A program made the translations under genes and the position numbers. The notes beneath the pieces are model-generated. The model was not told the origin of the DNA, searched no databases, and saw nothing but the letters and a program-made list of their open reading frames with translations. From Paragordius varius (lineage: Eukaryota; Animalia; Nematomorpha): a stretch of 64,000 nt of DNA. Location of the stretch: NCBI GenBank assembly GCA_964247055.1, contig OZ176058.1, positions 3,906,001 through 3,970,000 of the forward strand, in the 5' to 3' direction. The stretch's first letter is position 1. Each line of letters starts with the position of its first letter. Positions 1 to 12,600 of this stretch are shown in pieces.

Positions 1-750
1 CAATCAAATAATTTTTCCAACAATCAAAATATGTTGCCCAATAGCTTTTTAGTGTTTTCAACAATCAAACATATATTTTCAACAATCAAATAATTTTTCC
101 AACAATCAAATAATTTTTCCAACAATCAAAATATGTTGCCCAATAGCTTTTTAGTGTTTCCAACAATCAAACTTTCAACAATCAAATAATTTTTCCAACA
201 ATCAAAATATGTTGCCCAATATCATTTAGTATTTCCAACAATCAAACATATATTTTCAACAATCAAATAATTTTTCCAACAATCAAAATATGTTTTCTTT
301 TAACTTTTTAGTGTTTCCAACAATCAAACATATATTTTCAACAATCAAATAATTTTTCCAACAATCATAAAATGTTGCCTCATAGCTTTTTATTGTTTCC
401 AACAATCAAATTATATTATCTTTTAACTTTTTATTGTTTCCAACAATCAAACATATATCAACAATCAAAAAATTTTTCCACCAACCAAATTATGTTGTCT
501 TTTAACTTTTTAATGTTTCCAACAATCAAACTTATATTTTCAACAATAAAATATTTTTTTCAACAATCAAAATATGTTTTCTTTTAACTTTTTAGTGTTT
601 CCAACAATCAAACATATATTTTCAACAATCAAATAATTTTAACAATCAAAATATGTTCCCCAATAGCTTTATAGTGGTCCCAACAATCAAACATATATTT
701 TCAACAATCAAATAATTTTTCAAACAATCAAAATATGTTGCCCAATAGCT

Positions 751-3700
751 TTTTAGTGTTTCCAACAATCAAACATATATTTTCAACAATCAAATAATTT
801 TTCCAACAATCAAAATATGTTGCCCAATAGCATTTAGTATTTCCAACAATCAAACATATATTTTCAACAATCAAATAATTTTTCCAACAATCAAAATATG
901 TTTTCTTTTAACTTTTTAGTGTTTCCAACAATAAAACATATATTTTCAACAATCAAATAATTTTTCCAACAATCACAAAATGTTGCCCTATAGCTTTTTA
1001 GTGTTTCCAACAATCAAATAATTTTTTCAAAAAATCAAATAATTTTTCCAACATAAAATATGTTGCCCAATTTTTAGTGTTTCCAACAATCAAACATATA
1101 CTTTCAACAATCAAATAATTTTTCCAACAATTAAAAATATGTTGCGCAATAGCTTTTTAGTGTTTCCAACAATCAAACATATATTTTCAACAATCAAATA
1201 ATTTATTCAACAATCAAATTATGTTGTCTTTTAACTTTTTAGTGTTTCCAACAATCAAACATATATTTTCAACAATCGAATAATTTTTCCAACAATCAAA
1301 ATATGTTGCCCAATAGCTTCTTATTGTTTCCAACAATCAAACATATATTTGCACAATCAAACAATTTTTAAAACAATCAAAATATGTTTTCTTTTAACTT
1401 TTTAATGTTTCCAACAATCAAACATATATTTTCAACAATCAAATAATTTTTCAAACAATCAAAATATGTTGCCCAATAGCTTTTTATTGTTTCCAACAAT
1501 CAAACATATATTTTCAACAATCAAATAATTTTTCCAACAATCAAAATATGTTGCCCAATAGCTTTTTAGTGTTTCCAACAATCAAACATATATTTTCTAC
1601 AATCAAATAATTTTTCCAACAATCAAAATATGTTGCCTAATAGCTTTTTAGTATTTCCAACAATCAAACATATTTTAACATTCAAATAATTTTTCCAACA
1701 ATCAAATTATGTTGTCTTTTAACTTTTTAGTGTTTCCAACAATCAAACATATATTCAACAATCAAATAAATTCTCCAACAATCAAAATATGATGCCCAAT
1801 AGCTTTTTAGTGTTTCCAACAATCAAACATATATTTTCAACACTCAAATAATTTTTCCCACAATCAAAATATGTTGCCCAATAGCTTTTTAGTGTTTCCA
1901 ACAATCAAACATATATTTTCAACAATCAAATAATTTTTAACAATCAAAATATGTTGCCCAATAGCTTTTTAGTGTTTCCAACAATCAAACATATATTTTC
2001 AACAATCAAATTATTTTTTCAACAATCAAATTATGTTGTCATTTAATTTTTTAGTGTTTCCAACAATCAAACATATATTTTCAACAATCAAATAATTTTT
2101 CCAACAATCAAAATATGATGCCCAATAGCTTTTTAGTGTTTCCAACAATCAAACATATATTTGCACAATCAAATAATTTTTACAACAATCAAAATATGTT
2201 TTCTTTTAACTTTTTAGTGTTTCCAACAATCAAACATATATTTTCAACAATCAAATAATTTTTCCAACAATCAAAATATGTTGCCCAATAGCTTTTTATT
2301 GTTTCCAACAATCAAACATATATTTTCAACAATCAAATGATTTTTCAAACAATCAAAATATGTTGCCCAATAGCTTTTTAGTGTTTCCAACAATCAAACA
2401 TATATTTTCAACAATCAAATAATTTTTCCAACAATCAAAATATGTTGCCCAATAGCTTTTTAGTGTTTCCAACAATCAAACATATATTTTCAACAATCAA
2501 ATTATTTTTTCAACAATCAAATTATGTTGACATTTAAATTTTTAGTGTTTCCAACAATCAAACATATATTTTCAACAATCAAATAATTTTTCAAACAATC
2601 AAAATATGTTGCCCAATAGCTTTTTAGTATTTCCAACAATCAAACATATATTTTTAACAATCAAAAAATTTTTCCAACAATCAAATTATGTTGTCTTTTA
2701 ACTTTTTAGTGTTTCCAACAATCAAACATATATTTTCAACAATCAAATAATTTTTCCAACAATCAAAATATGTTGCCCAATAGCATTTAGTATTTCCAAC
2801 AATCAAACATATATTTTCAACAATCAAATAATTTTTCCAACAATCAAAATATGTTTTCTTTTAACTTTTTAGTGTTTCCAACAATAAAACATATATTTTC
2901 AACAATCAAATAATTTTTCCAACAATCACAAAATGTTGCCCTATAGCTTTTTAGTGTTTCCAACAATCAAATAATTTTTTCAAAAAATCAAATAATTTTT
3001 CCAACATAAAATATGTTGCCCAATTTTTAGTGTTTCCAACAATCAAACATATACTTTCAACAATCAAATAATTTTTCCAACAATTAAAAATATGTTGCGC
3101 AATAGCTTTTTAGTGTTTCCAACAATCAAACATATATTTTCAACAATCAAATAATTTATTCAACAATCAAATTATGTTGTCTTTTAACTTTTTAGTGTTT
3201 CCAACAATCAAACATATATTTTCAACAATCGAATAATTTTTCCAACAATCAAAATATGTTGCCCAATAGCTTCTTATTGTTTCCAACAATCAAACATATA
3301 TTTGCACAATCAAACAATTTTTAAAACAATCAAAATATGTTTTCTTTTAACTTTTTAATGTTTCCAACAATCAAACATATATTTTCAACAATCAAATAAT
3401 TTTTCAAACAATCAAAATATGTTGCCCAATAGCTTTTTATTGTTTCCAACAATCAAACATATATTTTCAACAATCAAATAATTTTTCCAACAATCAAAAT
3501 ATGTTGCCCAATAGCTTTTTAGTGTTTCCAACAATCAAACATATATTTTCTACAATCAAATAATTTTTCCAACAATCAAAATATGTTGCCTAATAGCTTT
3601 TTAGTATTTCCAACAATCAAACATATTTTAACATTCAAATAATTTTTCCAACAATCAAATTATGTTGTCTTTTAACTTTTTAGTGTTTCCAACAATCAAA

Positions 3701-4700
3701 CATATATTCAACAATCAAATAAATTCTCCAACAATCAAAATATGATGCCCAATAGCTTTTTAGTGTTTCCAACAATCAAACATATATTTTCAACACTCAA
3801 ATAATTTTTCCCACAATCAAAATATGTTGCCCAATAGCTTTTTAGTGTTTCCAACAATCAAACATATATTTTCAACAATCAAATAATTTTTAACAATCAA
3901 AATATGTTGCCCAATAGCTTTTTAGTGTTTCCAACAATCAAACATATATTTTCAACAATCAAATTATTTTTTCAACAATCAAATTATGTTGTCATTTAAT
4001 TTTTTAGTGTTTCCAACAATCAAACATATATTTTCAACAATCAAATAATTTTTCCAACAATCAAAATATGATGCCCAATAGCTTTTTAGTGTTTCCAACA
4101 ATCAAACATATATTTGCACAATCAAATAATTTTTACAACAATCAAAATATGTTTTCTTTTAACTTTTTAGTGTTTCCAACAATCAAACATATATTTTCAA
4201 CAATCAAATAATTTTTCCAACAATCAAAATATGTTGCCCAATAGCTTTTTATTGTTTCCAACAATCAAACATATATTTTCAACAATCAAATGATTTTTCA
4301 AACAATCAAAATATGTTGCCCAATAGCTTTTTAGTGTTTCCAACAATCAAACATATATTTTCAACAATCAAATAATTTTTCCAACAATCAAAATATGTTG
4401 CCCAATAGCTTTTTAGTGTTTCCAACAATCAAACATATATTTTCAACAATCAAATTATTTTTTCAACAATCAAATTATGTTGACATTTAAATTTTTAGTG
4501 TTTCCAACAATCAAACATATATTTTCAACAATCAAATAATTTTTCAAACAATCAAAATATGTTGCCCAATAGCTTTTTAGTATTTCCAACAATCAAACAT
4601 ATATTTTTAACAATCAAAAAATTTTTCCAACAATCAAATTATGTTGTCTTTTAACTTTTTAGTGTTTCCAACAATCAAACATATATTTTCAACAATCAAA
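751..4700 (+). repeat. Near-perfect tandem duplication, 1953-bp unit
   Basis: Six rare variants recur at offset 1953: 831/2784, 931/2884, 1141/3094, 1771/3724, 1841/3794, 2531/4484. Ends are approximate. Confidence 0.92.
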
Positions 4701-5199
4701 TAATTTTACCAACAATCAAAATATGATGCCCAATAGCTTTTTTAGTGTTTCCAAATATCAAACATATATTTGCACAATCAAATAATTTTTACAAAATCAA
4801 AATATGTTTTCTTTTAACTTTTTAGTGTTTCCAACAATCAAACATATATTTTCAACAATCGAATATTTTTTCCAACAATCAAAATATGTTGCCCAATAGC
4901 TTTTTATTGTTTCCAACAATCAAACATATATTTTCAACAATCAAATAATTTTTCAAACAATCAAAATATGTTGCCCAATAGCTTTTTAGTGTTTCCAACA
5001 ATCAAACATATATTTTCAACAATCAAATAATTTTTCCAACAATCAAAATATGTTGCCCAATATCATTTAGTATTTCCAACAATCAAACATATATTTTCAA
5101 CAATCAATTAATTTTTCCAACAATCAAAATATGTTGCCCAATAGCATTTAGTATTTCCAACAATCAAACATAGATTTTCAACAATCAAATAATTTTTCC

Positions 5200-6660
5200 A
5201 ACAATCAAAATATGTTGTCTTTTAACTTTTTAGTGTTTCCAACAATCAAATTTATATTTTCAACAATAAAATATTTTTTTCAACAATCAAAATATGTTTT
5301 CTTTTAACTTTTTAGTGTTTCCAACAATCAAACATATATTTTCAACAATCAAATAATTTTAACAATCAAAATATGTTCCCCAATAGCTTTATAGTGGTCC
5401 CAACAATCAAACATATATTTTCAACAATCAAATAATTTTTCAAACAATCAAAATATGTTGCCCAATAGCTTTTTAGTGTTTCCAACAATCAAACATATAT
5501 TTTCAACAATCAAATAATTTTTCCAACAATCAAAATATGTTGCCCAATAGCATTTAGTATTTCCAACAATCAAACATATATTTTCAACAATCAAATAATT
5601 TTTCCAACAATCAAAATATGTTTTCTTTTAACTTTTTAGTGTTTCCAACAATCAAACATATATTTTCAACAATCAAATAATTTTTCCAACAATCACAAAA
5701 TGTTGCCCTATAGCTTTTTAGTGTTTCCAAAAATCAAATAATTTTTTCAAAAAATCAAATAATTTTTCCAACATAAAATATGTTGCCCAATTTTTAGTGT
5801 TTCCAACAATCAAACATATACTTTCAACAATCAAATAATTTTTCCAACAATTAAAAATATGTTGCCCAATAGCTTTTTAGTGTTTCCAACAATCAAACAT
5901 ATATCAACAATCAAAAAATTTTTCCACCAACCAAATTATGTTGTCTTTTAACTTTTTAGTGTTTCCAACAATCAAATTTATATTTTCAACAATAAAATAT
6001 TTTTTTCAACAATCAAAATATGTTTTCTTTTAACTTTTTAGTGTTTCCAACAATCAAACATATATTTTCAACAATCAAATAATTTTAACAATCAAAATAT
6101 GTTCCCCAATAGCTTTATAGTGGTCCCAACAATCAAACATATATTTTCAACAATCAAATAATTTTTCAAACAATCAAAATATGTTGCCCAATAGTTTAGT
6201 GTTTCCAACAATCAAACATATATTTTCAACAATCAAATAATTTTTCCAACAATCAAAATATGTTGCCCAATAGCATTTAGTATTTCCAACAATCAAACAT
6301 ATATTTTCAACAATCAAATAATTTTTCCAACAATCAAAATATGTTTTCTTTTAACTTTTTAGTGTTTCCAACAATCAAACATATATTTTCAACAATCAAA
6401 TAATTTTTCCAACAATCACAAAATGTTGCCCTATAGCTTTTTAGTGTTTCCAACAATCAAATAATTTTTTCAAAAAATTAAATAATTTTTCCAACATAAA
6501 ATATGTTGCCCAATTTTTAGTGTTTCCAACAATCAAACATATACTTTCAACAATCAAATAATTTTCCCAACAATTAAAAATATGTTGTCCAATAGCTTTT
6601 TAGTGTTTCCAACAATCAAACATATATTTTCAACAATCAAATAATTTATTCAACAATCAA
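5200..6660 (+). repeat. About 726-bp tandem duplication (also present at about 11880-13330)
   Basis: GTGGTCCC landmark at 5394/6120 and at 12075/12801 (offset 726 in both). Confidence 0.8.
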
Positions 6661-9600
6661 ATTATGTTGTCTTTTAACTTTTTAGTGTTTCCAACAATCA
6701 AACATATATTTTCAACAATCGAATGTTTTTTCCAACAATCAAAATATGTTGCCCAATAGCTTTTTATTGTTTCCAACAATCAAACATATATTTTCAACAA
6801 TCAAATAATTTTTCAAACAATCAAAATATGTTGCCCAATAGCTTTTTAGTGTTTCCAACAATCAAACATATATTTTCAACTATCAAATAATTTTTCCAAC
6901 AATCAAAATATGTTGCCCAATAGCATTTAGTATTTCCAACAATCAAACATATATTTTCAACAATCAAATAATTTTTCCAACAATCAAAATATGTTTTCTT
7001 TTAACTTTTTAGTGTTTCCAACAATCAAACATATATTTTCAACAATCAAATAATTTTTCCAACAATCACAAAATGTTGCCCTATAGATTGTTTCCAACAA
7101 TCAAATTATATTATCTTTTAACTTTTTATTGTTTCCAACAATCAAACATATATCAACAATCAAAAAAATTTTCCACCAACCAAATTATGTTGTCTTTTAA
7201 CTTTTTAGTGTTTCCAACAATCAAACTTATATTTTCAACAATAAAATATTTTTTTCAACAATCAAAATATGTTTTCTTTTAACTTTTTAATGTTTCCAAC
7301 AATCAAACATATATTTTCAACAATCAAATAATTTTTCCAACAATCAAAATATGTGCTTTTAACTTTTTATTGTTTCCAACAATCAAACATATATTTTAAA
7401 CAATCAAATAATTTTTCCAATTCTCATAATATGTTGCTCCATAGCTTTTTATTGTTTCCAACAATCAAATTATATTATCTTTTAACTTTTTATTGTTTCC
7501 AACAATAAAACATATATTTTCAACAATTAAATAATATTTCCAAAAATCAAAATATGTTGCCGAATAGCTTCTTATTCCCAACAATCAAACATATATTTTC
7601 AACAATCAAATAATTTTTCCAACAATCAAATTATGTTTTATTTTAACTTTTTAGTGTTTCCAACAATCAAACATATTTTTTCAACAATCAAATAATTTCA
7701 ACATTAATATGTTGCCCAATAGCTTTTTAGTGTTTCCAACAATCTAACATATATTTTCAACAATCAAATAATTTTTCCAAAAATAAAATTATGTTTCGTT
7801 TTTTTAGTGTTTCCAACAATCAAACATATATTTTCAACAATCAAATAATTTTCGCAACAATCAAAATATGTTTTCTTATAACTTTTTAGTGTTTCCAACA
7901 ATCAAACATATATTTTCAACAATCAAATAATTTTTCCAACAATCAAAATATGTTGCCCAATAGCATTTAGTATTTCCAACAATCAAATAATTTTTCCAAC
8001 AATCAAAATATGTTTTCTTTTAACTTTTTAGTGTTTCCAACAATCAAACATATATTTTCAACAATCAAATGATTTTTCAAACAATCAAAATATGTTGCCC
8101 AATAGCTTTTTAGTATTTCCAACAATCAAACATATATTTTTAACAATCAAAAAATTTTTCCAACAATCAAATTATGTTGTCTTTTAACTTTTTAGTGTTT
8201 CCAACAATAAAACATATATTTTCAACAATCAAATAATTTTACCAACAATCAAAATATGATGCCCAATAGCTTTTTAGTGTTTCCAACAATCAAACATATA
8301 TTTGCACAATCAAACAATTTTTAAAACAATCAAAATATGTTTTCTTTTAACTTTTTAATGTTTCCAACAATCAAACATATATTTTCAACAATCGAATATT
8401 TTTTCCAACAATCAAAATATGTTGCCCAATAGCTTTTTATTGTTTCCAACAATCAAACATATATTTTCAAAAATCAAATAATTTTTCAAACAATCAAAAT
8501 ATGTTGCCCAATAGCTTTTTAGTGTTTCCAACAATCAAACATATATTTTCAACAATCAAATAATTTTTCCAACAATCAAAATATGTTGCCCAATAGCATT
8601 TAGTATTTCCAACAATCAAACATATATTTTCAACAATCAAATAATTTTTCCAACAATCACAAAATGTTGCCCAATAGCTTTTTATTGTTTCCAACAATCA
8701 AACATATATTTTCAACAATCAAATGATTTTTCAAACAATCAAAATATGTTGCCCAATAGCTTTTTAGTATTTCCAACAATCAAACATATATTTTTAACAA
8801 TCAAATAATTTTTCCAACAATCAAATTATGTTGTCTTTTAACTTTTTAGTGTTTCCAACAATCAAACATATATTTTCAACAATCAAATAATTTTTCCAAC
8901 AATCAAAATATGTTGCCCAATAGCTTTTTAGTGTTTTCAACAATCAAACATATATTTTCAACAATCAAATAATTTTTCCAACAATCAAATAATTTTTCCA
9001 ACAATCAAAATATGTTGCCCAATAGCTTTTTAGTGTTTCCAACAATCAAACTTTCAACAATCAAATAATTTTTCCAACAATCAAAATATGTTGCCCAATA
9101 TCATTTAGTATTTCCAACAATCAAACATATATTTTCAACAATCAAATAATTTTTCCAACAATCAAAATATGTTTTCTTTTAACTTTTTAGTGTTTCCAAC
9201 AATCAAACATATATTTTCAACAATCAAATAATTTTTCCAACAATCATAAAATGTTGCCTCATAGCTTTTTATTGTTTCCAACAATCAAATTATATTATCT
9301 TTTAACTTTTTATTGTTTCCAACAATCAAACATATATCAACAATCAAAAAATTTTTCCACCAACCAAATTATGTTGTCTTTTAACTTTTTAATGTTTCCA
9401 ACAATCAAACTTATATTTTCAACAATAAAATATTTTTTTCAACAATCAAAATATGTTTTGTTTTAACCTTTTAGTGTTTCCAACAATCAAACATATATTT
9501 TCAACAATCAAATAATTTTAACAATCAAAATATGTTCCCCAATAGCTTTATAGTGGTCCCAACAATCAAACATATATTTTCAACAATCAAATAATTTTTC

Positions 9601-12600
9601 AAACAATCAAAATATGTTGCCCAATAGCTTTTTAGTGTTTCCAACAATCAAACATATATTTTCAACAATCAAATAATTTTTCCAACAATCAAAATATGTT
9701 GCCCAATAGCATTTAGTATTTCCAACAATCAAACATATATTTTCAACAATCAAATAATTTTTCCAACAATCAAAATATGTTTTCTTTTAACTTTTTAGTG
9801 TTTCCAACAATAAAACATATATTTTCAACAATCAAATAATTTTTCCAACAATCACAAAATGTTGCCCTAGAGCTTTTTAGTGTTTCCAACAATCAAATAA
9901 TTTTTTCAAAAAATCAAATAATTTTTCCAACATAAAATATGTTGCCCAATTTTTAGTGTTTCCAACAATCAAACATATACTTTCAACAATCAAATAATTT
10001 TTCCAACAATTAAAAATATGTTGCGCAATAGCTTTTTAGTGTTTCCAACAATCAAACATATATTTTCAACAATCAAATAATTTATTCAACAATCAAATTA
10101 TGTTGTCTTTTAACTTTTTAGTGTTTCCAACAATCAAACATATATTTTCAACAATCGAATATTTTTTCCAACAATCAAAATATGTTGCCCAATAGCTTCT
10201 TATTGTTTCCAACAATCAAACATATATTTTCAACAATCAAATAATTTTTCAAACAATCAAAATATGTTGCCCAATAGCTTTTTAGTGTTTCCAACAATCA
10301 AACATATATTTTCAACAATCAAATAATTTTTCCAACAATCAAAATATGTTGCCCAATAGCTTTTTAGTGTTTCCAACAATCAAACATATATTTTCTACAA
10401 TCAAATAATTTTTCCAACAATCAAAATATGTTGCCTAATAGCTTTTTAGTATTTCCAACAATCAAACATATTTTAACATTCAAATAATTTTTCCAACAAA
10501 ATTATGTTGTCTTTTAACTTTTTAGTGTTTCCAACAATCAAACATATATTTTCAACAATCAAATAAATTCTCCAACAATCAAAATATGATGCCCAATAGC
10601 TTTTTAGTGTTTCCAACAATCAAACATATATTTTCAACACTCAAATAATTTTTCCCACAATCAAAATATGTTGCCCAATAGCTTTTTAGTGTTTCCAACA
10701 ATCAAACATATATTTTCAACAATCAAATAATTTTTAACAATCAAAATATGTTGCCCAATAGCTTTTTAGTGTTTCCAACAATCAAACATATATTTGCACA
10801 ATCAAATAATTTTTACAACAATCAAAATATGTTTTCTTTTAACTTTTTAGTGTTTCCAACAATCAAACATATATTTTCAACAATCGAATATTTTTTCCAA
10901 CAATCAAAATATGTTGCCCAATAGCTTTTTATTGTTTCCAACAATCAAACATATATTTTCAACAATCAAATGATTTTTCAAACAATCAAAATATGTTGCC
11001 CAATAGCTTTTTAGTGTTTCCAACAATCAAACATATATTTTCAACAATCAAATAATTTTTCCAACAATCAAAATATGTTGCCCAATAGCTTTTTAGTGTT
11101 TCCAACAATCAAACATATATTTTCAACAATCAAATTATTTTTTCAACAATCAAATTATGTTGACATTTAAATTTTTAGTGTTTCCAACAATCAAACATAT
11201 ATTTTCAACAATCAAATAATTTTTCAAACAATCAAAATATGTTGCCCAATAGCTTTTTAGTATTTCCAACAATCAAACATATATTTTTAACAATCAAAAA
11301 ATTTTTCCAACAATCAAATTATGTTGTCTTTTAACTTTTTAGTGTTTCCAACAATCAAACATATATTTTCAACAATCAAATAATTTTACCAACAATCAAA
11401 ATATGATGCCCAATAGCTTTTTTAGTGTTTCCAAATATCAAACATATATTTGCACAATCAAATAATTTTTACAACAATCAAAATATGTTTTCTTTTAACT
11501 TTTTAGTGTTTCCAACAATCAAACATATATTTTCAACAATCGAATATTTTTTCCAACAATCAAAATATGTTGCCCAATAGCTTTTTATTGTTTCCAACAA
11601 TCAAACATATATTTTCAACAATCAAATAATTTTTCAAACAATCAAAATATGTTGCCCAATAGCTTTTTAGTGTTTCCAACAATCAAACATATATTTTCAA
11701 CAATCAAATAATTTTTCCAACAATCAAAATATGTTGCCCAATATCATTTAGTATTTCCAACAATCAAACATATATTTTCAACAATCAATTAATTTTTCCA
11801 ACAATCAAAATATGTTGCCCAATAGCATTTAGTATTTCCAACAATCAAACATAGATTTTCAACAATCAAATAATTTTTCCAACAATCAAAATATGTTGTC
11901 TTTTAACTTTTTAGTGTTTCCAACAATCAAATTTATATTTTCAACAATAAAATATTTTTTTCAACAATCAAAATATGTTTTCTTTTAACTTTTTAGTGTT
12001 TCCAACAATCAAACATATATTTTCAACAATCAAATAATTTTAACAGTCAAAATATGTTCCCCAATAGCTTTATAGTGGTCCCAACAATCAAACATATATT
12101 TTCAACAATCAAATAATTTTTCAAACAATCAAAATATGTTGCCAAATAGCTTTTTAGTGTTTCCAACAATCAAACATATATTTTCAACAATCAAATAATT
12201 TTTCCAACAATCAAAATATGTTGCCCAATAGCATTTAGTATTTCCAACAATCAAACATATATTTTCAACAATCAAATAATTTTTCCAACAATCAAAATAT
12301 GTTTTCTTTTAACTTTTTAGTGTTTCCAACAATCAAACATATATTTTCAACAATCAAATAATTTTTCCAACAATCACAAAATGTTGCCCTATAGCTTTTT
12401 AGTGTTTCCAACAATCAAATAATTTTTTCAAAAAATCAAATAATTTTTCCAACATAAAATATGTTGCCCAATTTTTAGTGTTTCCAACAATCAAACATAT
12501 ACTTTCAACAATCAAATAATTTTTCCAACAATTAAAAATAAGTTGCCCAATAGCTTTTTAGTGTTTCCAACAATCAAACATATATCAACAATCAAAAAAT

